Below are positions 20,156 to 30,601 of a stretch of DNA of 64,000 nucleotides, in pieces (position 1 is the stretch's first letter; every line of letters begins with the position of its first letter). Made by a program: the position numbers and the translations under genes. This DNA comes from Candidatus Sulfotelmatobacter sp. (GTDB taxonomy: Bacteria; Acidobacteriota; Terriglobia; Acidiferrales; UBA7541): contig DASPSD010000031.1 of NCBI GenBank assembly GCA_035624115.1, forward strand, positions 25,292-89,291, read 5' to 3'. The notes under the pieces were generated by a model, which searched no databases, had not been told where the DNA came from, and saw nothing but the letters and a program-made list of their open reading frames with translations.

Positions 20156-20692
20156 ATGCCGGAAGGCAAGGGACTGCTGATTGTCTATACCGGGCCGGGC
20201 AAGGGGAAGACGACTTGCGCGCTCGGCACCGCCTTTCGCGCCGTGGGGCAAGGGCTGCGGGTGTTGATGGTGCAGTTCATCAAAGGCTCGTGGCATTACG
20301 GCGAACTCGACGCGGCCAAGATGCTCGGCGACGATAAATTCGAAATCCGGCCGATGGGCCGCGGATTCGTGAAAGTGGGCGGCGCGGAAACCGATCCCGA
20401 AGACGTACGATTGTGCGAGCAGGCATGGGAGTACGGCCGCGAGCAGATTTACAGCGAGAAGTTCGATCTCGTCGTGCTCGATGAAATTAATTACGTGATC
20501 AGCTACAAGATGCTGGATGCGGAGCGCGTGGTGGAAGCGCTCGCTGGGCGGCCGGAGCGCATCCATGTGATTTGTACGGGGCGGAACGCTCATCCGAAGC
20601 TGGTAGAAGCGGCGGATCTGGTGACCGAGATGCGCGAGATTAAGCATCCGTATACAAAAGGAATTCTTGCCCAGCGAGGAATAGATTATTAA
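20156..20692 (+). CDS. cobO: cob(I)yrinic acid a,c-diamide adenosyltransferase (CobO/BtuR family)
   Basis: GLLIVYTGPGKGKTTCALGTAFRAVGQGLRVLMVQFIKG...DLVVLDEINY...VICTGR. Confidence 0.85.
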   Translation: MPEGKGLLIVYTGPGKGKTTCALGTAFRAVGQGLRVLMVQFIKGSWHYGELDAAKMLGDDKFEIRPMGRGFVKVGGAETDPEDVRLCEQAWEYGREQIYSEKFDLVVLDEINYVISYKMLDAERVVEALAGRPERIHVICTGRNAHPKLVEAADLVTEMREIKHPYTKGILAQRGIDY

Positions 20693-20700
20693 AAGTGGTT

Positions 20701-20777
20701 GGGAACTTCAGGGGCTGAAGCCCCGGGCGTTTGGGCATCGTAATGTCGCGGTTAAAACCGCGACCCACAAAGCGGGC
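20701..20777 (+). repeat. RepB hairpin repeat
   Basis: gggaacttcaggggctgaagcccc...gtcgcggttaaaaccgcgacccacaaagcggg. Confidence 0.8.
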
Positions 20778-20797
20778 TTGTACGATAGGGTTTGACG

Positions 20798-21649
20798 ATG
20801 GCGTGGTTTAAGAGAGAGAAAAAATCGATTGAGAGCCCGACGCCGGCCGAAGAGCGGCGCGTCCGCACCGAAGGGATGTGGACCAAGTGCAACGCCTGCC
20901 GGGCGATCATCTGGAGGAAAGACCTCGAATCGAATTGGGAAGTTTGCCCGAAGTGCGAGCACCACTTTCGCCTCGGCGCGCGCCGGCGGCTCGAATTGCT
21001 GCTCGATGACGAGCAGTACACGGAGCGCGATACCGAGCTGGCATCGAACGATCCGCTGAAATTCGTGGACACGAAGCCCTATGCGCAGCGGCTGCGCGAC
21101 GCTCAGCACAAGCTGGGCATGAAAGATGCCATCCTTACGGCGGAGGGGCGCCTGAACGGGCGGCCGGTGATTTGCTGCTCGATGGAATTTGGATTCATCG
21201 GCGGATCGATGGGAGCGGTGGTGGGAGAAAAAGTGGCCCGCGCGATCGAGCGTTCGCTCGAGACAAAGGAGCCGCTGATTATCGTCTCGTGTTCGGGTGG
21301 CGCGCGGATGATGGAAGGCGCGGTGAGCCTGATGCAGCTCGCCAAAGTGGCGGCGGCACTGGCGAGGCTGGACGAAGCGCGGATTCCGTTTATTTCGGTG
21401 CTTACGGATCCGACCACGGGCGGCGTGACGGCAAGTTACGCGATGCTGGGCGATTTGAATATTGCCGAGCCCGGCGCACTGATCGGGTTTGCTGGGCCGC
21501 GGGTGATTGAGCAAACCATCCGGCAGAAACTGCCCGAAGGATTTCAGACGGCGGAATTTCTGCTCGAGCATGGCTTCCTCGACGCGGTGGTGCCCCGCAA
21601 GGAATTGAAACCTTACATCGGCCAGGCGCTGGATTTTTTCCTTAATTGA
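20798..21649 (+). CDS. accD: acetyl-CoA carboxylase carboxyltransferase subunit beta
   Basis: MAWFKREKK..., Zn ribbon WTKCNACRAIIW...CPKCEHH, then FIGGSMG. Confidence 0.95.
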   Translation: MAWFKREKKSIESPTPAEERRVRTEGMWTKCNACRAIIWRKDLESNWEVCPKCEHHFRLGARRRLELLLDDEQYTERDTELASNDPLKFVDTKPYAQRLRDAQHKLGMKDAILTAEGRLNGRPVICCSMEFGFIGGSMGAVVGEKVARAIERSLETKEPLIIVSCSGGARMMEGAVSLMQLAKVAAALARLDEARIPFISVLTDPTTGGVTASYAMLGDLNIAEPGALIGFAGPRVIEQTIRQKLPEGFQTAEFLLEHGFLDAVVPRKELKPYIGQALDFFLN

Positions 21650-21720
21650 CACGGCAAGAGAAAGCCGGACGCATCAGCCTGGTGCCAGTAGTCAGAAAAG
21701 TTCCCTCATCCGGTTTGAGC

Positions 21721-21797
21721 GGGAACCTCAGGGGCTGAAGCCCAACGAATAGAAGCGGCTGAATGTCGCGGTTGAAACCGCGACCTACAAAGCGGGT
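21721..21797 (+). repeat. RepB hairpin repeat
   Basis: gggaacctcaggggctgaagccc...gtcgcggttgaaaccgcgacctacaaagcggg. Confidence 0.8.
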
Positions 21798-21817
21798 CTA
21801 CCAAATAGGCGTCGCTG

Positions 21818-23203
21818 ATGAATTACGAACAATCGGTTCGCGAGCTGTTGGCGCTGGGAAAAGAGCTGGCCGCGCCGCGGCAAGCGCGCGTGCAGAAGTT
21901 CGGCCTCGAAAACATTACCAGGCTTTGCGAACACCTCGGCAATCCACAGCGCAAGCTGCCGTGCGTCCACATCGCCGGCACGAATGGCAAGGGATCGACG
22001 GCGGCGATGCTCGAATCCATTTTGCGCTCCGCCGGCATGCGAACCGGCCTCTACACTTCGCCTCACCTGGAACGAATCAACGAGCGCATCCGCATCGGCG
22101 GAGAAAATATTTCCAATGCCGAGTTCGCGGAATCGTGGGCGCGCATCCGGGCGGCGGTTGAGTCGCTCATGGCCGCAGGACGCCTGGCGGCTCACCCGAC
22201 ATACTTTGAATGCCTGACGGCGATGGCGTTCCTGGCTTTCGAGAAAGCCGGAGTGGAATTCGCGGTGTACGAGGTTGGGCTCGGCGGAAGGCTGGACGCC
22301 ACCAACGTGGTGACGCCGGAAGCGGCGGTGATCACGCCGATCGATTTCGATCACGAAGATTATCTGGGCCACTCGATCGCGGAAATTGCCGCGGAAAAAG
22401 CGGGCATCATCAAACCGGGCGCGTGGGTGGTGAGCGCGGTGACTCGGGCGGAAGCGCGCGAGGGGATCGCGCGGCGGTGCGCGGAGAAGAGCGCGCGGCT
22501 CGTGGAAGTTGGAAGCGCGTGGCAAGCGGAAGTAGTTCACGCGTGCGGCGGATGCTATCGGACCACGATTGTGGCGCCCGATTCGGCCGACAAAATCCTG
22601 CTCGATTTGCCGCTCCGCGGCCGGTTCCAGGTGCAGAATGCGCTGACTGCTGCGACGGCCGCCCGGCTGCTGCTCGCGCGCGGGTTTCCGATCCAGGATG
22701 ATTCCATCGCGCGCGGAATCGCGGGCGTGCGATGGCCCGGGCGCCTCGAACGCATGCTGGAGAATCCCGAAGTGTATCTCGATGGAGCCCATAATCCTTC
22801 CGGCGCAAGAGAGCTTCTTCGCTTTTGGGACGAGAACTTCGAGGGGCGGGGAATCGTGCTCGTTTACGGCGCGATGCGCGATAAAGCCGTGGATGAAATC
22901 GCCGGACTGCTTTTTCCCCGCGCAAGCGAAGTGATCCTCACCCAGCCGCGCCAGCCGCGTACGATTTCCGCCGCGCTGCTGGCGGAGATGACGGCTCATC
23001 TGGCAAAGAAAATCAGCGTTGTTTGCGATCCGGCCGAAGCAGTGGAACAAGCGATTGAATCGGCGCGGGCGGGTGAAGCGATTTTCGCCACAGGCTCGCT
23101 CTATCTTGTCGGCGACCTGCGAAGCTATTTTTCCAGCCGAGTGACAAACGGCCGGCCGTCTGGCGCGCTCACCGCGGCCGCGCATCCATCCGAAATCCGG
23201 TAG
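21818..23203 (+). CDS. folC: bifunctional folylpolyglutamate synthase / dihydrofolate synthase
   Basis: VHIAGTNGKGST P-loop, Mur-ligase middle and C-terminal domains (LDGAHNPSGA). Confidence 0.9.
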   Translation: MNYEQSVRELLALGKELAAPRQARVQKFGLENITRLCEHLGNPQRKLPCVHIAGTNGKGSTAAMLESILRSAGMRTGLYTSPHLERINERIRIGGENISNAEFAESWARIRAAVESLMAAGRLAAHPTYFECLTAMAFLAFEKAGVEFAVYEVGLGGRLDATNVVTPEAAVITPIDFDHEDYLGHSIAEIAAEKAGIIKPGAWVVSAVTRAEAREGIARRCAEKSARLVEVGSAWQAEVVHACGGCYRTTIVAPDSADKILLDLPLRGRFQVQNALTAATAARLLLARGFPIQDDSIARGIAGVRWPGRLERMLENPEVYLDGAHNPSGARELLRFWDENFEGRGIVLVYGAMRDKAVDEIAGLLFPRASEVILTQPRQPRTISAALLAEMTAHLAKKISVVCDPAEAVEQAIESARAGEAIFATGSLYLVGDLRSYFSSRVTNGRPSGALTAAAHPSEIR

Positions 23204-23478
23204 AAATCTCCGGCAAATCGTAGAAATTTCTTTCAAAAACGCGAATATCTCTGTGAAATCGTATCGTTTCCGCCGAAAACGAACAGTTTTGCAAACCCGC
23301 TGAGCCGCCTGCGCGCGGATTGCGAACAGAAATTTCCCGCGTTCGGACGGAATCTGCGAGGCCGTTCAATGATTTAGGGGAAATTGTGAACAATTCGCGG
23401 AATTGGTGCGTTTATTCGGTGGGTGTTGGAAGAAAAACTGCACGCTGGAACGTCTAAGTGTAAGCAGACGGGGGACCA

Positions 23479-24045
23479 ATGACGCGCGAGGAACGACGAC
23501 AAAGGTTGGAATCGTTTGGCCGCGCGCCGGCGTTGCTTTCAAACGCGCTGCGGCAATTTCCGAAGAAGATGTGGCTGTACAAGCCTGTTCCGGAGCGGTG
23601 GAGCATTCACGAGATCATCCTGCATCTCGCCGATAGCGAGGCGACCGCCTATGTGAGGTGCCGCCGCTACATCGCCGAGCCCGGAACCCACACGCCGCAA
23701 TTTGATGCTGCACGCTGGGCCGGCTCGCTCGGATACTTCCACCAGAGCACGCGCGAAGCGCTCGAGGTCATCCGCCGGCTGCGACGGATGACCTATCAAT
23801 TGCTCATCACTCTTCCGGATCCGGTGTGGTCGCACACCGTGGGGCCCTCCACCGGAGACGGCATGAACCTGGAGCAATGGCTCGAAGTTCAGGAGCGTCA
23901 CATCCCCCACCACATCGAGCAGATGAGATTGAACTACGAAGGATGGCTGAAGAGCCATCCGCCGCGGAAATCCCCGGCGTCTTCCGCTTCCGCACGATTC
24001 AGCATGCCCTCCCGCATCATCGGGATTGCTGCCGCAACCCGCTAG
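23479..24045 (+). CDS. DinB-family (DinB_2) protein
   Basis: WSIHEIILHLADSE...ERHIPHHIEQM His-triad pattern. Confidence 0.8.
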   Translation: MTREERRQRLESFGRAPALLSNALRQFPKKMWLYKPVPERWSIHEIILHLADSEATAYVRCRRYIAEPGTHTPQFDAARWAGSLGYFHQSTREALEVIRRLRRMTYQLLITLPDPVWSHTVGPSTGDGMNLEQWLEVQERHIPHHIEQMRLNYEGWLKSHPPRKSPASSASARFSMPSRIIGIAAATR

Positions 24046-24053
24046 AAGTCATC

Positions 24054-24258
24054 TGGCTCTGTTGAGATCCTCGCGAATTTGGCTCAGCCCCGATTCTGGC
24101 GCGCGTTGTACCGGAATTGAAAACAAAGCGGGAGCCCTTCGACTTCGCTCAGTACAAGCGAGCTTCCCCTGGCTATGCTCGGGGCAGGCCGCACTCCAAA
24201 GGTCTCGCGGGCGGCGCAAAGGAAATGGGCAGCGCTCCGGACAACGGCAGCGCGTGAA
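24054..24258 (+). repeat. RepA repeat, copy 5 (extended arms, doubly nested loop insertion)
   Basis: Left arm matches copy 4548. The loop carries ccttcgacttcgctcagtacaagcgagct plus a further insert before ...gccgcactccaaaggtctcg. Confidence 0.8.
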
Positions 24259-24362
24259 GGGATCGCTCTCTGCATGGCGCATCGCCGGCTGCGATTCGGT
24301 TCATGCGCTCGCACCAGAGGGCGGGTTGCCGGGGTTTGCTGCGGGTGGTAGGATGAAGGGCC

Positions 24363-25121
24363 ATGACGAGCGAAATGAATCGGAAGCCGCGCATTGGTAT
24401 CCCGTATCGCACACGAAAAGAAGAACTTAAGGGCGAGCGCCGCAAGTACAACATGTATGTCGAGGCGGTGTGCCAGGGGGGTGGTGAACCAGTTCCAGTC
24501 TCGCTTGGTCTCGAACCGTCCGCCTTGAACGAGTTGGCCAACACTCTCGACGCTATCGTGTTACCTGGCAGCCCGATGGACGTCGATCCGGCGCGTTACC
24601 ACGAGTCTCGCCATCCGAAAACTGCCGACGGGGATGTAGAACGCGAGAAGACGGACCAGGCGCTGCTGGAGCACGCGTTTGCCGCGCACAAACCTGTTCT
24701 GGCGATCTGTTACGGAGTGCAGAGCCTGAACGTCTTTCTAGGGGGCACGCTAGTGCAAGATTTGCCCAGCGAGATCGGGACGCAAATCGCCCACCCGTGG
24801 ACAGGCCAGGAGCAGGGCGCTCCAGAACCGAGGCATCCGGTGCGGCTCGAGCCGGGGTCGCGGCTGGCTCGCTTGGCGGGAGCGGCGAAAGCGGAAGTGA
24901 ACAGTTCGCATCACCAATCGGTGCGCAAGCCGGGGCGTGGCTTGCGAGTTGCGGCGCACGCGGCCGATGGCGTGATCGAGGCGGTCGAATGGACGGGCGA
25001 TTCGAACTGGGTCACAGGGGTGCAGTGGCATCCCGAGCGGATGGCGCAGACGGATCGATTCGCGCAGTCGCTCTTCAAAGAGCTGATTTCGGCAGCCCGT
25101 CAAGTGCCGGTGCAGTCGTAA
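24363..25121 (+). CDS. gamma-glutamyl-gamma-aminobutyrate hydrolase-family class I glutamine amidotransferase (peptidase C26)
   Basis: LPGSPMDVDP...PVLAICYGVQSLNV (nucleophile Cys)...SSHHQSV...GVQWHPE. Confidence 0.85.
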   Translation: MTSEMNRKPRIGIPYRTRKEELKGERRKYNMYVEAVCQGGGEPVPVSLGLEPSALNELANTLDAIVLPGSPMDVDPARYHESRHPKTADGDVEREKTDQALLEHAFAAHKPVLAICYGVQSLNVFLGGTLVQDLPSEIGTQIAHPWTGQEQGAPEPRHPVRLEPGSRLARLAGAAKAEVNSSHHQSVRKPGRGLRVAAHAADGVIEAVEWTGDSNWVTGVQWHPERMAQTDRFAQSLFKELISAARQVPVQS

Positions 25122-25222
25122 ATCCACCGAAATTTCAGGGCCGCATGGACATTCCGGGTGGGACTCCTTATTCTGCTCTCACTTTTTGTGCCTGAGTTTT
25201 CTACATTTCTTCTGGGGGAACC

Positions 25223-25987
25223 ATGATTTCGCTCGCGGGGAAGGCAGCGCTCGTGACCGGAGGGTCGAGAGGGATCGGGGCCGCGACGGTGAAAATGTTC
25301 GCGCAGGCCGGCGCCGACGTTGTGTTCAATTACCATCGGAGCCGGGAAGCAGCAGCGCAGGTGGAGCAGGAAGCCCGGAAGCATGGCACGCGCATCGAAT
25401 CGTTGAAGGCCGACCTCGGGAAAATGGCGGATGCCCGGAGGCTGGTGGAATTCACCCGCGAGAGGCTGGGACGGCTGGACATTCTCGTGGCGAACGCGGG
25501 AATCTGGAACGAGAAGGACACTCCCATCGAGAAACTGACGGAACGCGAGTGGGATGAAATGGTGCGCGTAAATTTGAAAAGTGTCTATTCGGTGATTCAT
25601 TTTGCCGTGCCGCAGATGATCGCGCAAAAGTCCGGCCGGATCGTAGCGATCAGTTCCACGGCCGGGCAGCGCGGTGAGGCATTCCATTCGCACTACGGGG
25701 CGACGAAAGGCGCCATCATCAGCTTCGTGAAGGGCCTTGCGACCGAGCTTGCCCGGCACGACATCCTCGTGAATTGCGTCGCGCCCGGATGGGTGGATAC
25801 GGACATGTCGGCCGGGGTGCTGCGGACAAAGGCCGGGTTGAAGGAAGCGATCGTGCCCATTCCATTGAAGCGCGTCGCCACCGCCGAAGAAATCGCGGGG
25901 CCGATCCTTTTCGCGGCTTCGGATCTGGCAACGTTTATCACGGGTGAAGTGATCAATGTAAATGGAGGTTCGATTCTGTGCGGATAG
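25223..25987 (+). CDS. SDR-family oxidoreductase (FabG-like)
   Basis: ALVTGGSRGIG, NAG, S...YGATK catalytic pattern, ITGEVINVNGG. Confidence 0.9.
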   Translation: MISLAGKAALVTGGSRGIGAATVKMFAQAGADVVFNYHRSREAAAQVEQEARKHGTRIESLKADLGKMADARRLVEFTRERLGRLDILVANAGIWNEKDTPIEKLTEREWDEMVRVNLKSVYSVIHFAVPQMIAQKSGRIVAISSTAGQRGEAFHSHYGATKGAIISFVKGLATELARHDILVNCVAPGWVDTDMSAGVLRTKAGLKEAIVPIPLKRVATAEEIAGPILFAASDLATFITGEVINVNGGSILCG

Positions 25988-26823
25988 TTTTTCGAACGGT
26001 TCTTGCCGGTTTCCTCCTCGTGGGAACCCGGATCGCGCTGGCGCCGGCTTTGGCGGTGGCGCAGGATCCCAATACGATGATGCCCACCGAGAGCGCGGCC
26101 AAAGCGAAGCAATTGATCGAGGCAGCCGTGCAGGCCATGGGAGGGAGCACGTACCTCAACGTGCGCGATGCAACCTGCACCGGAAAGCTCAGCCAGTTCG
26201 GGCACACCGGCCAGCTCAATGGGTACGCAAAATTCATCGACTATTCCAAGCCGCCCGACCGGGATCGCACCGAAAATCTTCCGCAGCGCAATATCATCAC
26301 CGTGATGAACGGAGACAAAGGTTGGGTGCTCGACCGTGGCGGCGTTTCCGAAGCGCTGCAAACCGACGTGGCGGCATTCGTAGGGGACACGAAAAAGGAC
26401 ATCGACAATGTCCTGCGGCGCCGCTACAAGGAGCCGGACACAGTGCTCCGCTATGCCGGGCGCGATGTGGTGGACCTGCGAGAGGTGGATTGGATCGAGA
26501 TGGTCGATAGCGACGACCGCACGATCCGCATCGCGTTTTCCACCGAGACGCACCTGCCGGTGCGAAAAGTGGTGACTACGCGCGACCCGAACCTGCGCAT
26601 GAAATTCGACGAGACCGAATACTACTCGAATTATCACCCGCTCAGCGGCGTCGAAACGCCGTTCCAAATCACGCGCGAGCGCAACGGGGTGAAGTTCTAT
26701 CAGGTGTTTTTCGATAGCTGCGAATACAACACCAACCTTTCCGATTCGCTATTCACGAAAGAATCTCTCGAAGAACGCTGGGAAAAAGTCGCTCCAAAGA
26801 ACAAAAAGAAGAGCAAGGACTGA
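25978..26823 (+). CDS. secreted hypothetical protein (possible LolA-like fold)
   Basis: Signal peptide (GTG)[27 protein letters not shown]. Lys-rich tail. Family not recognised. Confidence 0.55.
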   Translation: MRIVFRTVLAGFLLVGTRIALAPALAVAQDPNTMMPTESAAKAKQLIEAAVQAMGGSTYLNVRDATCTGKLSQFGHTGQLNGYAKFIDYSKPPDRDRTENLPQRNIITVMNGDKGWVLDRGGVSEALQTDVAAFVGDTKKDIDNVLRRRYKEPDTVLRYAGRDVVDLREVDWIEMVDSDDRTIRIAFSTETHLPVRKVVTTRDPNLRMKFDETEYYSNYHPLSGVETPFQITRERNGVKFYQVFFDSCEYNTNLSDSLFTKESLEERWEKVAPKNKKKSKD

Positions 26824-26935
26824 AGCCCGTTCGTCGATCGCTGAAAATTCCGGAATTTCCGTTCCGTTTCCCTTGAATCTCGATGGGTCTGCCTGCGAGT
26901 GGCCCGCCGCGCGCCGTGCGCGGTATAATCACCGG

Positions 26936-27487
26936 ATGCCAATTACGCGGAAATCCGATCCGATGCACGGCACGACGGTGTTGTGCGTGCGCCGCGACAA
27001 CAAAGTGGTGCTGGCCGCCGATGGCCAAGTGACGCTCGGCGAGGGAGTGATCAAGCACAGCGCCAAGAAAACGCGCCGGCTTTTCAACGACAAGATTCTG
27101 GCGGGATTTGCGGGGAGCACGGCCGACGCGCTCTCGCTCTTTGCCCGCTTCGAAGGGAAATTGCAGGAGTATCATGGCAACCTGCCGCGGGCGGCCGTGG
27201 AGCTGGCCAAAGAGTGGCGCACGGATCGTTCGCTCCGCCACCTGGACGCATTGTTAATCGTGGCCGATGCCAAGTCCACCTTCCTGCTTTCGGGAAATGG
27301 CGACGTGATCGAGCCGGACGACGGGATCTGCGCAATCGGCTCGGGGGGCCCTTACGCGCTGGCGGCCGCGCGGGCGCTCGCAAAGGTTACGAAAATGGGC
27401 GCCAAGGACATCGCGCAGGAAGCCATGCGCATCGCCAGCGAAATCTGTATTTTCACGAACGCGAATTTCAGCATCGAAGAATTGTGA
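26936..27487 (+). CDS. hslV: ATP-dependent protease subunit HslV
   Basis: [25 protein letters not shown]...[14 protein letters not shown]. Confidence 0.95.
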   Translation: MPITRKSDPMHGTTVLCVRRDNKVVLAADGQVTLGEGVIKHSAKKTRRLFNDKILAGFAGSTADALSLFARFEGKLQEYHGNLPRAAVELAKEWRTDRSLRHLDALLIVADAKSTFLLSGNGDVIEPDDGICAIGSGGPYALAAARALAKVTKMGAKDIAQEAMRIASEICIFTNANFSIEEL

Positions 27488-27506
27488 CGGGAATTCGGAG
27501 CAAGAC

Positions 27507-28913
27507 ATGGTGATCTATCTTTCCGGGGAGTCGCAGACGGCCGAACCCGAGCCGCTTCCCTCTTTTGACGAGCTTACGCCGCGCGAAATCGTGGTGGAGC
27601 TCGACAAATACATCGTGGGACAAAACGCCGCAAAAAAGGCGGTTGCCATTGCGCTGCGCAACCGCGTTCGCCGGCAGAAACTCCAACCGGAAATGGCGGA
27701 GGATATTCTTCCCAAGAACATTCTGATGATCGGGCCGACCGGCGTGGGCAAGACGGAGATTGCGCGGCGCCTGGCGCGGCTGGCCGGATGTCCGTTTGTG
27801 AAGGTGGAAGCCTCGAAATATACGGAAGTGGGATACGTCGGGCGCGACGTCGAGTCCATGGTGCGCGACCTGGTGGAGACTTCGATCGATATGGTGCGGG
27901 AAGAAAAGCTCGACGAAGTCGCCGAACGCGCCGAACAATCGGCGGAAGAGCGCCTGCTGGATCTGCTGCTCCCTGCTTCCCCGATGCCGGCGGACGCGAA
28001 TCCGGCCGCGGAAGCGGCGCGGCGCGAGCAGGTGCAGCGCACGCGCGAAAAATTGCGCGCGCAATTGCGCGAGGGAAAGCTCGACCAGCGGCTCGTGGAA
28101 GTCGAAGTGCGCGAGCGCGCGATGCCCGCCTTCGAAATCATCACCAACCAGGGCGTCGAGGAAATGGACATCAACGTCAAGGACATGCTCTCGGGTTTCT
28201 TCGGCCAGCAAAAGAAGAAGCGCAAGATGACCGTGGCCGAAGCTTTCGACTACCTCATCCAGGAAGAAGAAAGCCGGCTGATCGATATGGACCAGGTGAC
28301 GCGGATCGCGGTGGACCGCGTCGAGCAGATGGGGATTCTCTTTATCGACGAAGTCGATAAAATCGCCGGGCGTGAAACGGGACACGGGCCGGACGTTTCT
28401 CGCGAAGGGGTGCAGCGCGATATCCTGCCGATCGTCGAGGGCACCACGGTGAACACGCGCTACGGCATGGTGCGCACGGACCACATCCTATTCATCGCCG
28501 CGGGCGCATTCCACACCACGAAGCCCTCGGACTTGATTCCCGAGCTGCAAGGCCGCTTCCCGATCCGTGTCGAGCTGAGCTCGCTATCGGAAGCCGATTT
28601 CATCCGCATTCTCACGGAACCAAAAAACGCGCTCATCAAGCAGTACACCGCGCTGCTGGATACCGAGGGGCTGAAGCTTGGCTTCACCGAGGATTCGATT
28701 GCCACGATTGCGCGGTATGCGGCGATGGTCAACGAACAGACCGAAAACATCGGGGCGCGCCGCCTGCACACGATTCTGGAAAAAGTGCTGGAAGAAATCT
28801 CGTTTGAAGCCCCGGAAATGAAGAAAAAAACCGTGAAGGTAGACGCCGCCTACGTGCAGAAGCAGCTCGCGAACATCGTAAAGGACCAGGATCTGAGCCG
28901 CTACATCCTCTAA
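27507..28913 (+). CDS. hslU: ATP-dependent protease ATPase subunit HslU
   Basis: [17 protein letters not shown]...[17 protein letters not shown]...[11 protein letters not shown]...[11 protein letters not shown]. Confidence 0.95.
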   Translation: MVIYLSGESQTAEPEPLPSFDELTPREIVVELDKYIVGQNAAKKAVAIALRNRVRRQKLQPEMAEDILPKNILMIGPTGVGKTEIARRLARLAGCPFVKVEASKYTEVGYVGRDVESMVRDLVETSIDMVREEKLDEVAERAEQSAEERLLDLLLPASPMPADANPAAEAARREQVQRTREKLRAQLREGKLDQRLVEVEVRERAMPAFEIITNQGVEEMDINVKDMLSGFFGQQKKKRKMTVAEAFDYLIQEEESRLIDMDQVTRIAVDRVEQMGILFIDEVDKIAGRETGHGPDVSREGVQRDILPIVEGTTVNTRYGMVRTDHILFIAAGAFHTTKPSDLIPELQGRFPIRVELSSLSEADFIRILTEPKNALIKQYTALLDTEGLKLGFTEDSIATIARYAAMVNEQTENIGARRLHTILEKVLEEISFEAPEMKKKTVKVDAAYVQKQLANIVKDQDLSRYIL

Positions 28914-28931
28914 AGAGCGCGAAACTCGAAA

Positions 28932-30122
28932 ATGGAAATTCGAAAATCGGGAGAGCGTCCCGAGTCCAGTCCAAAGCCCCGCAAGTTGCCGAGTTTCGAG
29001 TTTCTAGTTTCGATTTGCGCCTTTTCGCTGCTGCTGGGGTGCGCGTCTCCGGGAGACCCGATTGAACGCAAGCCCCCGGTGCCGGAAACCGTGAAAGACC
29101 TCGCTGCTTCGCAATCGGGCAACGACGTCGCGCTGACTTTTACTCTTCCCAAGGAGACCGTTGAGCGCCGAGTCCTGAAACATGCGCCGGGGATAGAGAT
29201 TTACAGAGATTTTGTTCCCGTCTCCGCCGGAACGCCTTCGCTTCCGGCCGCGGCAAATCCGACGCTGCTTTTCACCATTCCTTCGGAAGTGCTGGACAAG
29301 TATCTGGCGCGAGGCCGCGTCCGTTTCGTCGACACTTTGACAGCGGGAGATTTTGCGAAGCACTCCGGCAGCGAAGCGCTCTACATGGTCCGCACGCGAG
29401 CCTCGCGAAAGAGGGAGTCGGCAGATTCCAATGTCGTTGCGCTGCAAATTTATCCGGCGGCCGATCCCGTCGAAGACCTAAAGGCAGAGATAACCCATTC
29501 GGCCGTCGCTTTGACTTGGACAACCCCGCGAAGAACTGTGGCTGGCCCCGCTCCGCCCATCGCCGCGTTTGAAATCTTCCGCGTCCAGCCGGAGACGGCC
29601 GCGCCCACTGGCGCTCCAAGTCCTGCTCCCCAAAAAGGCCCGCTTAAAATCGGCGAAAGCACGGCCCCTGAATTCAGGGACACACAATTTGAATTCGGCA
29701 AGACGTACGTCTACTCGGTGAAATCCGTGATCCATTACCCGGGTCTGACGCTCGAATCCGCCGAGTCAAATCTCTTGAGCGTCACTCCAAAAGACGTTTT
29801 CCCTCCCGCTGCCCCGCAGGGGCTTGTGGCGGTGTACGTGCCCGCCGCCGGCGGCGTGCCTGCGCACTTGGAGCTTTCCTGGGCCATCAATCCTGAAACC
29901 GACATTGCGGGTTACAACGTCTATCGGAGTGAGGAGCCTGGCTCTCCTGGGACACGGGTGAACGCGGAATTATTGCTTACGCCCGTGTTTCGCGATATGA
30001 ATGCGGTACCCGGCCGCCGCTACTCCTACAGCGTTACCGCGGTGGATCGCTCCGGCAATGAAAGCCCTGCCGGGGCGAGTGTCGTTGCCGGCATCCCGTC
30101 CGAAGGCCCGTCGTCGCCATGA
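28932..30122 (+). CDS. lipoprotein with fibronectin type III-like repeats
   Basis: Lipobox LLLGC|AS. Repeated beta-sandwich-like segments (YNVYRSE...YSYSVTAVDRSGNES). Confidence 0.6.
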   Translation: MEIRKSGERPESSPKPRKLPSFEFLVSICAFSLLLGCASPGDPIERKPPVPETVKDLAASQSGNDVALTFTLPKETVERRVLKHAPGIEIYRDFVPVSAGTPSLPAAANPTLLFTIPSEVLDKYLARGRVRFVDTLTAGDFAKHSGSEALYMVRTRASRKRESADSNVVALQIYPAADPVEDLKAEITHSAVALTWTTPRRTVAGPAPPIAAFEIFRVQPETAAPTGAPSPAPQKGPLKIGESTAPEFRDTQFEFGKTYVYSVKSVIHYPGLTLESAESNLLSVTPKDVFPPAAPQGLVAVYVPAAGGVPAHLELSWAINPETDIAGYNVYRSEEPGSPGTRVNAELLLTPVFRDMNAVPGRRYSYSVTAVDRSGNESPAGASVVAGIPSEGPSSP

Positions 30123-30601
30123 TTGAAATGATTCCGATCGACCGGATCGTTCCCGCTGAGCAGCGCAGCGCGGCTGTGCATACAGGTGCGTACACGGGCG
30201 TTCTGCTGGGCATCGTGATGTTCGGGGCGCTTTTCGTCGCCAACCGGCTTCCCTGGCTCGAGAGCCGCGCGCTGGAGCGGAACGCCGCGTGCTATTCCCT
30301 GTTTGTTCTCATCATGTTGATTCCGGTGGCGCGTTTTTTGAACCGGCCGTTGCAGATGTTCACTTCGGCGATGATCGGGTGGGTCATCTTCGTCTTGTGT
30401 TATTACGCGGCGGGCCTGTATTTTCGCGATCTGTTCCAGGTTCTGCGGACGCCCTTTGAAGCGCTGGTGGAAGGCGCCGTGATTTACGGTGTATGCGCCG
30501 TGGGTTCCTGGGTGGGCGCGATGGTTCTGCACGCGCGAAATCATCCGATCATCCGTCGGCGGCGCCGCATCGATTCGGAACTTCATCATCACCATCAATG
30601 A
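30119..30601 (+). CDS. integral membrane hypothetical protein
   Basis: 4 predicted TM helices. ATGA overlap with the upstream gene. HHHH tail. Confidence 0.55.
   Translation: MIEMIPIDRIVPAEQRSAAVHTGAYTGVLLGIVMFGALFVANRLPWLESRALERNAACYSLFVLIMLIPVARFLNRPLQMFTSAMIGWVIFVLCYYAAGLYFRDLFQVLRTPFEALVEGAVIYGVCAVGSWVGAMVLHARNHPIIRRRRRIDSELHHHHQ

Noticed and set aside
20708-23236. 314-aa and 483-aa minus-strand ORFs (20708..21652, 21785..23236)
   Set aside because: Antisense shadows of accD and folC with Arg-rich, low-complexity translations. The sense-strand genes have clear signatures.
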